Shown in pieces: positions 42,748-52,801 of a stretch of 64,000 nucleotides of DNA (the first letter of the stretch is position 1; every line of letters starts with the position of its first letter). The notes under the pieces were generated by a model. It was given only the letters and a program-made list of their open reading frames with translations, was not told the DNA's origin and made no database searches. Position numbers and translations under genes: made by a program. Where the stretch lies: NCBI GenBank assembly GCA_965240325.2, contig OZ251226.1:1240001-1304000 (forward strand), read 5' to 3'. Origin of the DNA: Rebecca billardiae RCC1528. Lineage: Eukaryota > Protista > Haptophyta.

Positions 42748-44670
42748 TCACTGCACGCGCTGGCGCTTGGCCGACGAGAGCTGCGTGGCCATGTCCACGG
42801 CCAGTGCCTCCATCAGCTCGAACGCCTCCGCCGGGTCGTCGCGCTTGAACGCCGACCACTGCTCCTGCTTCACGATCAGGACGATCTGCTCCTTCGCCAG
42901 CTTGCGCACGCCCTCCACCACACGCGCGCACCCGCCCGCCGCCTTGGCGTGCCGCAGCAGGTCGAGGCAGTTGTCCACGTCCAGCCCGGCGAGCAGCACG
43001 TCCTCGCACCGCTGCACGACGCCGAGCAGCACGTCGCCCTCCGCACGAGCGCGCGTGCCCTCCGAGCCTGCACCGGGCGGCGGCTGCAGCTTGCTCGCCA
43101 GCCGCAGCAGCTCGAGCACCACCGACGGCTCGGCCGGCAGCGGCGCCACGCCCGCCGAGTGCAGCTGGCGCAGCAGCGCCTCGTGCGCCGCCGAGCTGAA
43201 GTCCGGGTCGGCGTCCACCTCGCGCTGGCTGCCCTCAGACAGACTGCCGCACAGCTGGCGCGCGTAGTACTGCGAGTGCTGCGCCAGCAGCAGCCGGCTC
43301 GCGCCCAGCTCGGTGCCGTCAGCGCACCGCAGCACCACGTCGTGCTGCCGCGAGGGCGCGCCCACCGCGTCGCCCTGCGAGCACAGCCGCGCGTGCGCGC
43401 CGCGCAGCTCCGCCTCGCAGTCGGACAGTCTCACGTGCGTCTCACCGGCCGACGCCAGCGCACGCTCACGCACCTCCTCGCTGCCGCACAGCAGAATCTG
43501 GAGGGCCCGCAGCGCGTGCGGCCGAGCCTCGCGAGCGCGAGCGCCGCCGTCGGCATCGCCCTCCACAGCAGCGCAGCTGTGCACCAGGCCTTGCAGCGCG
43601 CTGACCAGCCCAGGCGTGCCGGCAATGGCAGCGCGCTGCGCGGTGCAGTGGTCGACGAGAGCGCGCACGATGGCCGCGACATCCGCTGCGATCTCGCGAA
43701 ATGCAGCCGAGCCGTCACGCACGCGCAGCAGCGGCACGAGGGCGTCGCACCCGCCGTCACCAATGAGCGCGGCGCAGCACGGCGTACCACCCTCTTCCGT
43801 GCAGCGGCGGATGACTTTGGCTGCGGTGCGGACCACGTCGACGTTGGCCGAGCGCAGCTGCGACACGAGCGCAGGCATGGCGCCCGCCTCCGCAATCCGT
43901 GCGCACAGTGCGGGGCCAGAGGCAAGCCAGCTGAGCGCAGCTGCCGCCTGGCGCTGCACATCCTCACTGGCCGACCGCAGCAGCGGCACGAGCGCAGGGA
44001 TGGCGCCAGCCTCGGCGATCGGCGCGCGCAGCGCGTCGGTACGGCCGAGCCAGCCGAGCACAGCTGCCGCCTGGCCCTGCACGCCCTCATTGGCCGATCG
44101 CAGCAGCGGCACGAGCGCAGGAATGGCGCCAGCCTCCGCAATCCGTGCGCACCGTGCGGAGCCAGAGGCGAGCCAGCTGAGCGCAACTGCCGCCTGGCGC
44201 TGCACGTTCTCATTGGCCGAGCGCAGCAGCGGCACGAGCGCAGGAATGGCGCCAGCCTCGGCGATCGGCGGACACAGCGCGTCGCTTACGCCGAGAGCGC
44301 CCAGAGCATCTGCAGCCCCACTCTGCACGTGCTCATGTTTGGACCTCAGCAGTAGCACGAGCGGTGGAATGGCCCCAGCGTCCGCGAGCGCACTGCGCAC
44401 GTCCGGATGCACAGCGATGCCCCTCACGGCACGCGCCGCGGCGGACTGCACGCCGGCAGTACGATCGGGCGCGAGGAGCTGCACCAGCTCCGGCAGAGCC
44501 TGCGAGCCAATGATCACTCCCGCGTCAACATCCTTCTCGCCATGCTCGGCGCCAAACGGCTCGAGCGCGACGATCAGAGCCAGGGATTTCGGCTTCTTGG
44601 GGCGCATGGCCTTGATCAGGTTGGTGATCGCCTCCTGCCCGACCGACGCGCAGGCCCGCTCGATGGCCAT
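42748..44670 (-). CDS. ARM-repeat + BTB/POZ protein, copy 1 (640 aa)
   Basis: 41-aa ARM units (AGAIPALVPLLRS...); BTB HDVVLRCADGTELGASRLLLAQHSQYY...SEG; C-terminal KRQR. Start MAIERAC is shared by the paralogs. Confidence 0.88.
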   Translation of the reverse strand: MAIERACASVGQEAITNLIKAMRPKKPKSLALIVALEPFGAEHGEKDVDAGVIIGSQALPELVQLLAPDRTAGVQSAAARAVRGIAVHPDVRSALADAGAIPPLVLLLRSKHEHVQSGAADALGALGVSDALCPPIAEAGAIPALVPLLRSANENVQRQAAVALSWLASGSARCARIAEAGAIPALVPLLRSANEGVQGQAAAVLGWLGRTDALRAPIAEAGAIPALVPLLRSASEDVQRQAAAALSWLASGPALCARIAEAGAMPALVSQLRSANVDVVRTAAKVIRRCTEEGGTPCCAALIGDGGCDALVPLLRVRDGSAAFREIAADVAAIVRALVDHCTAQRAAIAGTPGLVSALQGLVHSCAAVEGDADGGARAREARPHALRALQILLCGSEEVRERALASAGETHVRLSDCEAELRGAHARLCSQGDAVGAPSRQHDVVLRCADGTELGASRLLLAQHSQYYARQLCGSLSEGSQREVDADPDFSSAAHEALLRQLHSAGVAPLPAEPSVVLELLRLASKLQPPPGAGSEGTRARAEGDVLLGVVQRCEDVLLAGLDVDNCLDLLRHAKAAGGCARVVEGVRKLAKEQIVLIVKQEQWSAFKRDDPAEAFELMEALAVDMATQLSSAKRQRVQ

Positions 44671-45096
44671 CGCCTGCCGCGGTAGCGCGAAGTGGGTTCT
44701 CGGCCGCCGCGTAAGCCTCCGTCGTTGGGTCGTGTCGCCGGTGCGCTTAGCTAGCGCCGACCGCGCGGGCCCGGGCGGGCGGCAGCGGCGGGTGCAGAAG
44801 TACTCCGGAGTCCGGAGCATCCGCCGGACGGGTGCCTGCGCCGGCCTGCCGGCACTGCACTGACTAATACTAGTTACTTGACCCCCATACTGAATACCAA
44901 GGGCGGTACCCATACCATGTTTTCTATCGTCTACTAAGTGACTATGAATACGAACGCGGACGACGATGTCGAGGCGGTACGACGCTGCCAGTAGTTGCTC
45001 AGTCAGCAAGCTGAGCAGTCACCACTGTCTTTGATGATGCACGAATACCGCACAAGGAGTGAGTCAACGAGAAACTGGTAGGAGTCACTCGGTGAC

Positions 45097-47748
45097 TCAC
45101 TGCACGCGCTGGCGCTTGGCCGACGAGAGCTGCGTGGCCATGTCCACGGCCAGTGCCTCCATCAGCTCGAACGCCTCCGCCGGGTCGTCGCGCTTGAACA
45201 CCGACCACTGCTCCTGCTTCACGATCCGGACGATCTGCTCCTTCGCCAGCTTGCGCACGCCCTCCACCACACGCGCGCACCCGCCCGCCGCCTTGGCGTG
45301 CCGCAGCAGGTCGAGGCAGTTGTCCACGTCCAGCCCGGCGAGCAGCACGTCCTCGCACCGCTGCACGACGCCGAGCAGCACGTCGCCCTCCGCACGAGCG
45401 CGCGTGCCCTCCGAGCCTGCACCGGGCGGCGGCTGCAGCTTGCTCGCCAGCCGCAGCAGCTCGAGCACCACCGACGGCTCGGCCGGCAGCGGCGCCACGC
45501 CCGCCGAGTGCAGCTGGCGCAGCAGCGCCTCGTGCGCCGCCGAGCTGAAGTCCGGGTCGGCGTCCACCTCGCGCTGGCTGCCCTCAGACAGACTGCCGCA
45601 CAGCTGGCGCGCGTAGTACTGCGAGTGCTGCGCCAGCAGCAGCCGGCTCGCGCCCAGCTCGGTGCCGTCAGCGCACCGCAGCACCACGTCGTGCTGCCGC
45701 GAGGGCGCGCCCACCGAGTCGCCCAGCGAGCACAGCCGCGCGTGCGCGCTGCGCAGCTCCGCATCGCTGTCGGACAGTCGCACGTGCGTCACGCCCGCCG
45801 ACGCGAGCGCACGCTCACGCACCTCCTCGCTGCCGCACAGCAGAATCTTAAGGGCCCCCAGCGCAGCCGCTTGAGCGCGAGCGCTGTCGTCGGCATCGCC
45901 CTCCACAGCAGCGCAGCTGTGCACCAGGCCTTGCAGCGCGCTGACCAGCCCAGGCGTGCCGGCAATGGCAGCGCGCTGCGCGGTGCAGTGGTCGACGAGA
46001 GCGCGCACACTGGCCGCGACGTCCGCTGCGATCTCGCAAAATGCAGCCGAGCCATCACGCACGCGCAGCAGCGGCACGAGGGCGTCGCACCCGCCGTCAG
46101 CAATGAGTGCGTCGCAGCACAGCTTTCCACCCGCTTCCGTGCAGTGGCGGATGACGTCGGCTGCGGTGCGGATCACGTCGACGTTGGCCGAGCGCAGCAG
46201 CGACCCGAGCGCAGGCATGGCGCCCGCCTCCGCAATCCGTGCGCACAGTGCGGAGCCAGAGGCGAGCCAGCTGAGCGTAGCTGCCGCCTGGCACTGCACG
46301 CCCTCATTGGCCGACCGCAGCAGCGGCACGAGCGCAGGGATGGCGCCAGCCTCGGCGATCGGCGCGCACAGCGTGTCCGTATGGCCGAGCAAGGTGAGCG
46401 CAGCTGCCGCCTGGCACTGCACGCCCTCATTTGCCGACCGCAGCAGCGGCACGAGCGCAGGGATGGCGCCAGCCTCGGCGATCGGCGCGCACAGCGTGTC
46501 CGTATGGCCGAGCAAGGTGAGCGCAATTGCCGCCTGGCACTGCACGCCCTCATTTGCCGACCGCAGCAGCGGCACGAGCGCAGGGATGGCGCCAGCCTCG
46601 GCGATCGGCGCGCGCAGCGTGTCCGTCTGGCCGAGCAAGGTGAGCGCAGCTGCCGCCTGGCACTGCACGCCCTCATTTGCCGACCGCAGCAGCGGCACGA
46701 GCGCAGGGATGGCGCCAGCCTCGGCGATCGGCGCGCGCAGCGTGTCCGTCTGGCCGAGCAAGGTGAGCGCAATTGCCGCCTGGCCCTGCACGCCCTCATT
46801 GGCCGACCGCAGCAGCGGCACGAGCGCAGGGATGGCGCCAGCCTCGGCGATCGGCGCGCGCAGCGTGTCCGTCTGGCCGAGCAAGGTGAGCGCAATTGCC
46901 GCCTGGCCCTGCACGCCCTCATTGGCCGACCGCAGCAGCGGCACGAGCGCAGGGATGGCGCCAGCCTCGGCGATCGGCACGCGCAGCGTGTCCGTCTGGC
47001 CGAGCAAGGCGAGCACAGCTGCCGCCTGGCACTGCATGTTCTCATTGGCCGATCGCAGCAGCGTCACGAGCGCAGGGATGGCGCCAGCCTCGGCGATCGG
47101 CGCGCACAGCGTGTCCGTATGGCCGAGCAAGGTGAGCGCAGCTGCCGCCTGGCACTGCATGTTCTCATTGGCCGATCGCAGCAGCGTCACGAGCGCAGGG
47201 ATGGCGCCAGCCTCGGCGATCGGCGCGCACAGCGTGTCCGTATGGCCGAGCAAGGTGAGCGCAACTGCCGCCTGGCCCTGCACGCCCTCATTAGCCGACC
47301 GCAGCAGCGGCACCAGCGCAGGGATGGCACCGGCCTCGGCGATCGGCAGGCGCAGCGCGTCACTTCGGCCGAGAGCGCCCAGAGCAGTTGTAGCCCAAAA
47401 CTGAATATCCTCGTGGTTGGACCCCAGCAGCAGCACAAGCGGTGGAATGGCCCCAGCGTCTGCGAGCGCACTGCGCACGTCCGGATGCACACCGATGCCC
47501 ATCACGGCACGCGCCGCGGCGGCCTGCACGCCGGCAGTACGATCGGGCGCGAGGAGCTGCACAAGCTCCGGCAGAGCCTGCGAGCCAAGGATCACTCCCG
47601 CGTCAACATCCTTCTCGTCATACTCGGCGCCAAACGGCTCGAGCGCGACGATCAGAGCCTGGGATTTCGGCTTCTTGGGGCGCATGGCCTTGATCAGGTT
47701 GGCGATCGCCTCCTGCCCGACCGACGCGCAGGCCCGCTCGATGGCCAT
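45097..47748 (-). CDS. ARM-repeat + BTB/POZ protein, copy 2 (883 aa; 6 extra ARM units)
   Basis: As copy 1, with nine near-identical 123-bp internal units. Confidence 0.88.
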   Translation of the reverse strand: MAIERACASVGQEAIANLIKAMRPKKPKSQALIVALEPFGAEYDEKDVDAGVILGSQALPELVQLLAPDRTAGVQAAAARAVMGIGVHPDVRSALADAGAIPPLVLLLGSNHEDIQFWATTALGALGRSDALRLPIAEAGAIPALVPLLRSANEGVQGQAAVALTLLGHTDTLCAPIAEAGAIPALVTLLRSANENMQCQAAAALTLLGHTDTLCAPIAEAGAIPALVTLLRSANENMQCQAAAVLALLGQTDTLRVPIAEAGAIPALVPLLRSANEGVQGQAAIALTLLGQTDTLRAPIAEAGAIPALVPLLRSANEGVQGQAAIALTLLGQTDTLRAPIAEAGAIPALVPLLRSANEGVQCQAAAALTLLGQTDTLRAPIAEAGAIPALVPLLRSANEGVQCQAAIALTLLGHTDTLCAPIAEAGAIPALVPLLRSANEGVQCQAAAALTLLGHTDTLCAPIAEAGAIPALVPLLRSANEGVQCQAAATLSWLASGSALCARIAEAGAMPALGSLLRSANVDVIRTAADVIRHCTEAGGKLCCDALIADGGCDALVPLLRVRDGSAAFCEIAADVAASVRALVDHCTAQRAAIAGTPGLVSALQGLVHSCAAVEGDADDSARAQAAALGALKILLCGSEEVRERALASAGVTHVRLSDSDAELRSAHARLCSLGDSVGAPSRQHDVVLRCADGTELGASRLLLAQHSQYYARQLCGSLSEGSQREVDADPDFSSAAHEALLRQLHSAGVAPLPAEPSVVLELLRLASKLQPPPGAGSEGTRARAEGDVLLGVVQRCEDVLLAGLDVDNCLDLLRHAKAAGGCARVVEGVRKLAKEQIVRIVKQEQWSVFKRDDPAEAFELMEALAVDMATQLSSAKRQRVQ

Positions 47749-48183
47749 CGCCTGCCGCGGTAGCGCGAAGTGGGTTCTCGGCCGCCGCGCAGCCTCCGTC
47801 GTTGGCCGCACGGGCAGGCCAGGTTGCGCTTGGCTGGCGCCGACTCGGCGGGCGGCAGCGGCGGGTGTAGACTCCGGAGCATCGCCATCCGCCGGACGGG
47901 TGCTGCGCACTGCACTGACTAATACTACTAGTTACTTTACCCCCATACAATGTTTTCTATCGTCTACTAAGTGACTATGAATACGAACGCGGACGACGAT
48001 GTCTACGCGGTACGACGCTGCCAGTGGTTGCTCAAGTCAGCAAGCTGAGCAGTCCCCACGACTGTCTTCGATGATGCACGAATACCGCACGAGGATGCGC
48101 CACGATCAACACTCCGCTTGCTCTCTGACTCTGACCTGCCACCTGGTAGTCACTCGACTCACTCGTAGGAGTCACTCGGTGAC

Positions 48184-50106
48184 TCACTGCACGCGCTGGC
48201 GCTTGGCCGACGAGAGCTGCGTGGCCATGTCCACGGCCAGTGCCTCCATCAGCTCGAACGCCTCAGCCGGGTCGTCGCGCTTGAACGCCGACCACTGCTC
48301 CTGCTTCACGATCCGGACGATCTGCTCCTTCGCCAGCTTGCGCACGCCCTCCACCACACGCGCGCACCCGCCCGCCGCCTTGGCGTGCCGCAGCAGGTCG
48401 AGGCAGTTGTCCACGTCCAGCCCGGCGAGCAGCACATCCTCGCACCGCTGCACGACGCCGAGCAGCACGTCGCCCTCCGCACGAGCGCGCGTGCCCTCCG
48501 AGCCTGCACCGGGCGGCGGCTGCAGCTTGCTCGCCAGCCGCAGCAGCTCGAGCACCACCGACGGCTCGGCCGGCAGCGGCGCCACGCCCGCCGAGTGCAG
48601 CTGGCGCAGCAGCGCCTCGTGCGCCGCCGAGCTGAAGTCCGGGTCGGCGTCCACCTCGCGCTGGCTGCCCTCAGACAGACTGCCGCACAGCTGGCGCGCG
48701 TAGTACTGCGAGTGCTGCGCCAGCAGCAGCCGGCTCGCGCCCAGCTCGGTGCCGTCAGCGCACCGCAGCACCACGTCGTGCTGCCGCGAGGGCGCGCCCA
48801 CCGCGTCGCCCTGCGAGCACAGCCGCGCGTGCGCGCCGCGCAGCTCCGCCTCGCAGTCGGACAGTCTCACTTGCGTCTCACCGGCCGACGCCAGCGCACG
48901 CTCACGCACCTCCTCGCTGCCGCACAGCAGAATCTGGAGGGCCCGCAGCGCGTGCGGCCGAGCCTCGCGAGCGCGAGCGCCGCCGTCGGCATCGCCCTCC
49001 ACAGCAGCGCAGCTGTGCACCAGGCCTTGCAGCGCGCTGACCAGCCCAGGCGTGCCGGCAATGGCAGCGCGCTGCGCGGTGCAGTGGTCGACGAGAGCGC
49101 GCACAATGGCCGCGACATCCGCTGCGATCTCACGAAATGCAGCCGAGCCGTCACGCACGCGCAGCAGCGGGACGAGGGCGTCGCACCCGCCGTCAGCAAT
49201 GAGCGCGGCGCAGCACGGCGTACTACCCGCTTCCGTGCAGCGGCGGATGACTTTGGCTGCGGTGCGGACCACATCGACGTTGGCCGAGCGCAGCTGCGAC
49301 GCGAGCGCAGGCATGGCGCCCGCCTCCGCAATCCGTGCGCACAGTGCGGAGCCAGAGGCGAGCCAGGTGAGCGCAACTGCCGCCAGGCACTGCACGTCCT
49401 CATTGGCCGACCGCAGCAGCGGCACGAGCGCAGGGATGGCGCCAGCCTCGGCGATCGGCGCGCACAGCGTGTCCGTATGGCCGAGCCAGCCGATCGCAAC
49501 TGCCGCCACGCACTGCACGTCCTCATTGGCCGAGCGCAGCAGCGACACGAGCGCAGGGATGGCGCCAGCCTCGGCGATCGGCGCGCGCAGCGCGTCGGTA
49601 CGGCCGAGCCAGCTGAGCGCAGCTGCCGCCTGGCCCTGCACGCCCTCATTGGCCGATCGCAGCAGCGGCACGAGCGCAGGAATGGCGCCAGCCTTGGCGA
49701 TCGGCGGGCGCAGTGCGTCGCTTACGCCGAGAGCGCCGAGAGCATCTGCAGCCCCACTCTGCACGTGCTCATGTTTGGACCTCAGCAGTAGCACGAGCGG
49801 TGGAATGGCCCCAGCGTCCGCGAGCGCACTGCGCACGTCCGGATGCACAGCGATGCCCATCACGGCACGCGCCGCGGCGGACTGCACGCCTGCAGTATGA
49901 TCGGGCGCGAGGAGCTGCACCAGCTCCGGCAGAGCCTGCGAACCAGTGATCACTCCCGCGTCAACATCCTCCTCGCCATACTCGGCGCCAAACGGCTCGA
50001 GCGCGACGATCAGAGCCTGGGATTTCGGCTTCTTGGGGCGCATGGCCTTGATCAGGTTGGCGATCGCCTTCTGCCCGACCGACGCGCAGGCCCGCTCGAC
50101 GGCCAT
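48184..50106 (-). CDS. ARM-repeat + BTB/POZ protein, copy 3 (640 aa)
   Basis: As copy 1. Confidence 0.88.
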   Translation of the reverse strand: MAVERACASVGQKAIANLIKAMRPKKPKSQALIVALEPFGAEYGEEDVDAGVITGSQALPELVQLLAPDHTAGVQSAAARAVMGIAVHPDVRSALADAGAIPPLVLLLRSKHEHVQSGAADALGALGVSDALRPPIAKAGAIPALVPLLRSANEGVQGQAAAALSWLGRTDALRAPIAEAGAIPALVSLLRSANEDVQCVAAVAIGWLGHTDTLCAPIAEAGAIPALVPLLRSANEDVQCLAAVALTWLASGSALCARIAEAGAMPALASQLRSANVDVVRTAAKVIRRCTEAGSTPCCAALIADGGCDALVPLLRVRDGSAAFREIAADVAAIVRALVDHCTAQRAAIAGTPGLVSALQGLVHSCAAVEGDADGGARAREARPHALRALQILLCGSEEVRERALASAGETQVRLSDCEAELRGAHARLCSQGDAVGAPSRQHDVVLRCADGTELGASRLLLAQHSQYYARQLCGSLSEGSQREVDADPDFSSAAHEALLRQLHSAGVAPLPAEPSVVLELLRLASKLQPPPGAGSEGTRARAEGDVLLGVVQRCEDVLLAGLDVDNCLDLLRHAKAAGGCARVVEGVRKLAKEQIVRIVKQEQWSAFKRDDPAEAFELMEALAVDMATQLSSAKRQRVQ

Positions 50107-50456
50107 CGCCTCCCGCGCGCCGTGCAAGCTCCCGGGTGGGTCGTGTCCGGTCGCGCTTGGCGAGCACCGGAAGCGGGCGGGAGCGCGCGGCGTGCACACT
50201 CCGGAGCATCCGCCCGGGCCGGAGTCCGGACGGGTGCGCACCGTGCACTGACTATGTAGTATGTATCATCATAGTTACTTTGTAACTCCCCCAGGGCCAG
50301 GTATGGGGGTGCGATGTTTACTGTCGTCTACTACTAAGTGACTAGATGAATGCGAACACGAACGACGATGATGTCGAGGCGGTATGATGTTGCCAGTGGT
50401 TGCTCAGTCACACGATGATGCGCCACGATCAACACTCCGCTCCCTGACCAGTAGTG

Positions 50457-52379
50457 TCACTGCACGCGCTGGCGCTTGGCCGACGAGAGCTGCGCGGCCA
50501 TGTCCACGGCCAGTGCCTCCATCAGCTCGAGCGCCTCCGCCGGGTCGTCGCGTTTGAACGCCGACCACTGCTCCTGCTTCACGATCATGTCGATCTGCTC
50601 CTTCGCCAGCTTGCGCACGCCCTCCACCACACGCGCGCACCCGCCCGCCGCCTTGGCGTGCCGCAGCAGGTCGAGGCAGTTGTCCACGTCCAGCCCGGCG
50701 AGCAGCACGTCCTCGCACCGCTGCACGACGCCGAGCAGCACGTCGCCCTCCGCACGAGCGCGCGTGCCCTCCGAGCCTGCACCGGGCGGCGGCTGCAGCT
50801 TGCTCGCCAGCCGCAGCAGCTCGAGCACCACCGACGGCTCGGCCGGCAGCGGCGCCACGCCCGCCGAGTGCAGCTGGCGCAGCAGCGCCTCGTGCGCCGC
50901 CGAGCTGAAGTCCGGGTCGGCGTCCACCTCGCACTGGCTGCCCTCAGACAGACTGCCGCACAGCTGGCGCGCGTAGTACTGCGAGTGCTGCGCCAGCAGC
51001 AGCCGGCTCGCGCCCAGCTCGGTGCCGTCAGCGCACCGCAGCACCACGTCGTGCTGCCGCGAGGGCGCGCCCACCGCGTCGCCCTGCGAGCACAGCCGCG
51101 CGTGCGCGCCGCGCAGCTCCGCCTCGCAGTCGGACAGTCTCACGTGCGTCTCACCGGCCGACGCCAGCGCACGCTCACGCACCTCCTCGCTGCCGCACAG
51201 CAGAATCTGGAGGGCCCGCAGCGCGTGCGGCCGAGCCTCGCGAGCGCGAGCGCCGCCGTCGGCATCGCCCTCCACAGCAGCGCAGCTGTGCACCAGGCCT
51301 TGCAGCGCGCTGACCAGCCCAGGCGTGCCGGCAATGGCAGCGCGCTGCGCGGTGCAGTGGTCGACGAGAGCGCGCACGATGGCCGCGACATCCGCTGCGA
51401 TCTCGCGAAATGCAGCCGAGCCGTCACGCACGCGCAGCAGCGGCACGAGGGCGTCGCACCCGCCGTCAGCAATGAGCGCGGCGCAGCACGGCGTACCACC
51501 CTCTTCCGTGCAGCGGCGGATGACTTTGGCTGCAGTGCTGACCACGTCGACGTTGGCCAAGCGCAGCTGCGACACGAGCGCAGGCATGGCGCCCGCCTCC
51601 GCAATCCGTGCGCACAGTGCGGGGCCAGAGGCGAGCCAGCTGAGCGCAACTGCCGCCTGGCGCTGCACGTTCTCATTGGCCGACCGCAGCAGCGGCACGA
51701 GCGCAGGGATGGCGCCAGCCTCGGCGATCGGCGCGCGCAGCGCGTCCGTACGGCCGAGCCAGCTGAGCACAGCTGCCGCCTCGCACTGCACGCTCTCATT
51801 GGTCGACCGCAGCATCGGCACGAGCGCAGGGATGGCGCCAGCCTCGGCGATCAGCACGCGCAGCGTGTCCGTATCGCAGAGCCAGCCGATCGCAATTGCC
51901 GCCTTGCGCTGCACATCCTCATTGGCCGAGCGCAGCAGCGGCACGAGCTCAGGAATGGCGCCAGCCTCGGCGATCGGCGCGCGCAGCGCGTCGCTTACCC
52001 CGAGAGCGCCCAGAGCATCTGCAGCCCCACTCTGCACGTGCTCATGTTTGGACCTCAGCAGCAGCACAAGCGCTGGAATGGCCCCAGCGTCCGCGAGCGC
52101 ACTGCGCACGTCCGGATGCACAGCGATGCCCATCACGGCACGCGCCGCGGCGGCCTGCACGCCGGCAGTACGATCGGGCGCGAGGAGCTGCACCAGCTCC
52201 GGCAGAGCCTGCGAGCCAATGATCACTCCCGCGTCAACATCCTTCTCGCCATACTCTGCGCCAAACGGCTCGAGCGCGACGATCAGAGCCTGGGATTTCG
52301 GCTTCTTGGGGCGCATGGCCTTGACCAGGTTCGCAATCGCCTCCTGCCCGACCGACGCGCAGGCCTGCTCGATGGCCAT
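50457..52379 (-). CDS. ARM-repeat + BTB/POZ protein, copy 4 (640 aa)
   Basis: As copy 1. Confidence 0.88.
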   Translation of the reverse strand: MAIEQACASVGQEAIANLVKAMRPKKPKSQALIVALEPFGAEYGEKDVDAGVIIGSQALPELVQLLAPDRTAGVQAAAARAVMGIAVHPDVRSALADAGAIPALVLLLRSKHEHVQSGAADALGALGVSDALRAPIAEAGAIPELVPLLRSANEDVQRKAAIAIGWLCDTDTLRVLIAEAGAIPALVPMLRSTNESVQCEAAAVLSWLGRTDALRAPIAEAGAIPALVPLLRSANENVQRQAAVALSWLASGPALCARIAEAGAMPALVSQLRLANVDVVSTAAKVIRRCTEEGGTPCCAALIADGGCDALVPLLRVRDGSAAFREIAADVAAIVRALVDHCTAQRAAIAGTPGLVSALQGLVHSCAAVEGDADGGARAREARPHALRALQILLCGSEEVRERALASAGETHVRLSDCEAELRGAHARLCSQGDAVGAPSRQHDVVLRCADGTELGASRLLLAQHSQYYARQLCGSLSEGSQCEVDADPDFSSAAHEALLRQLHSAGVAPLPAEPSVVLELLRLASKLQPPPGAGSEGTRARAEGDVLLGVVQRCEDVLLAGLDVDNCLDLLRHAKAAGGCARVVEGVRKLAKEQIDMIVKQEQWSAFKRDDPAEALELMEALAVDMAAQLSSAKRQRVQ

Positions 52380-52801
52380 CGCCTGCTGCTGGGTAGCCTC
52401 CGTCGTCATTGGGTCGTGTTGATCCGCCGTGCGCGAGCGGGTGCACTACCAAGCGTGCACGTTGAGTGTATCGCTGGGCGCACTGACTTTCATCGCGCGT
52501 CGTCAACTTGCGATTACTACCGAGTCGTACTAACTGGTACAAAAGAGTGTATAGTAGTTCCTGTACAGTACAGCTTACTAAGAATAAGAGACGCACAAAG
52601 AGCTCTCAACGAGCAGTCAGCAGTCGTCTGATCTCAGTCCAGAGCGGCTGGAGGTCGCCTGACCAGGACGGTGAGGCTGAGCTGTGTCACTATACTGCCT
52701 GTGTGCGTTCAGACCGTCCGAAGACGTCTAGTTCGACTGAGTCCACTGCTAACTAGGTACGCCCGGCTCACAGCAAATCACAGCATGCAATGCGGCAACA
52801 C

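Noticed and set aside
44671-45009. Extended N-termini of the ARM-BTB ORFs
   Set aside because: Not conserved in frame between paralogs; all four align from MA[IV]E[RQ]AC.
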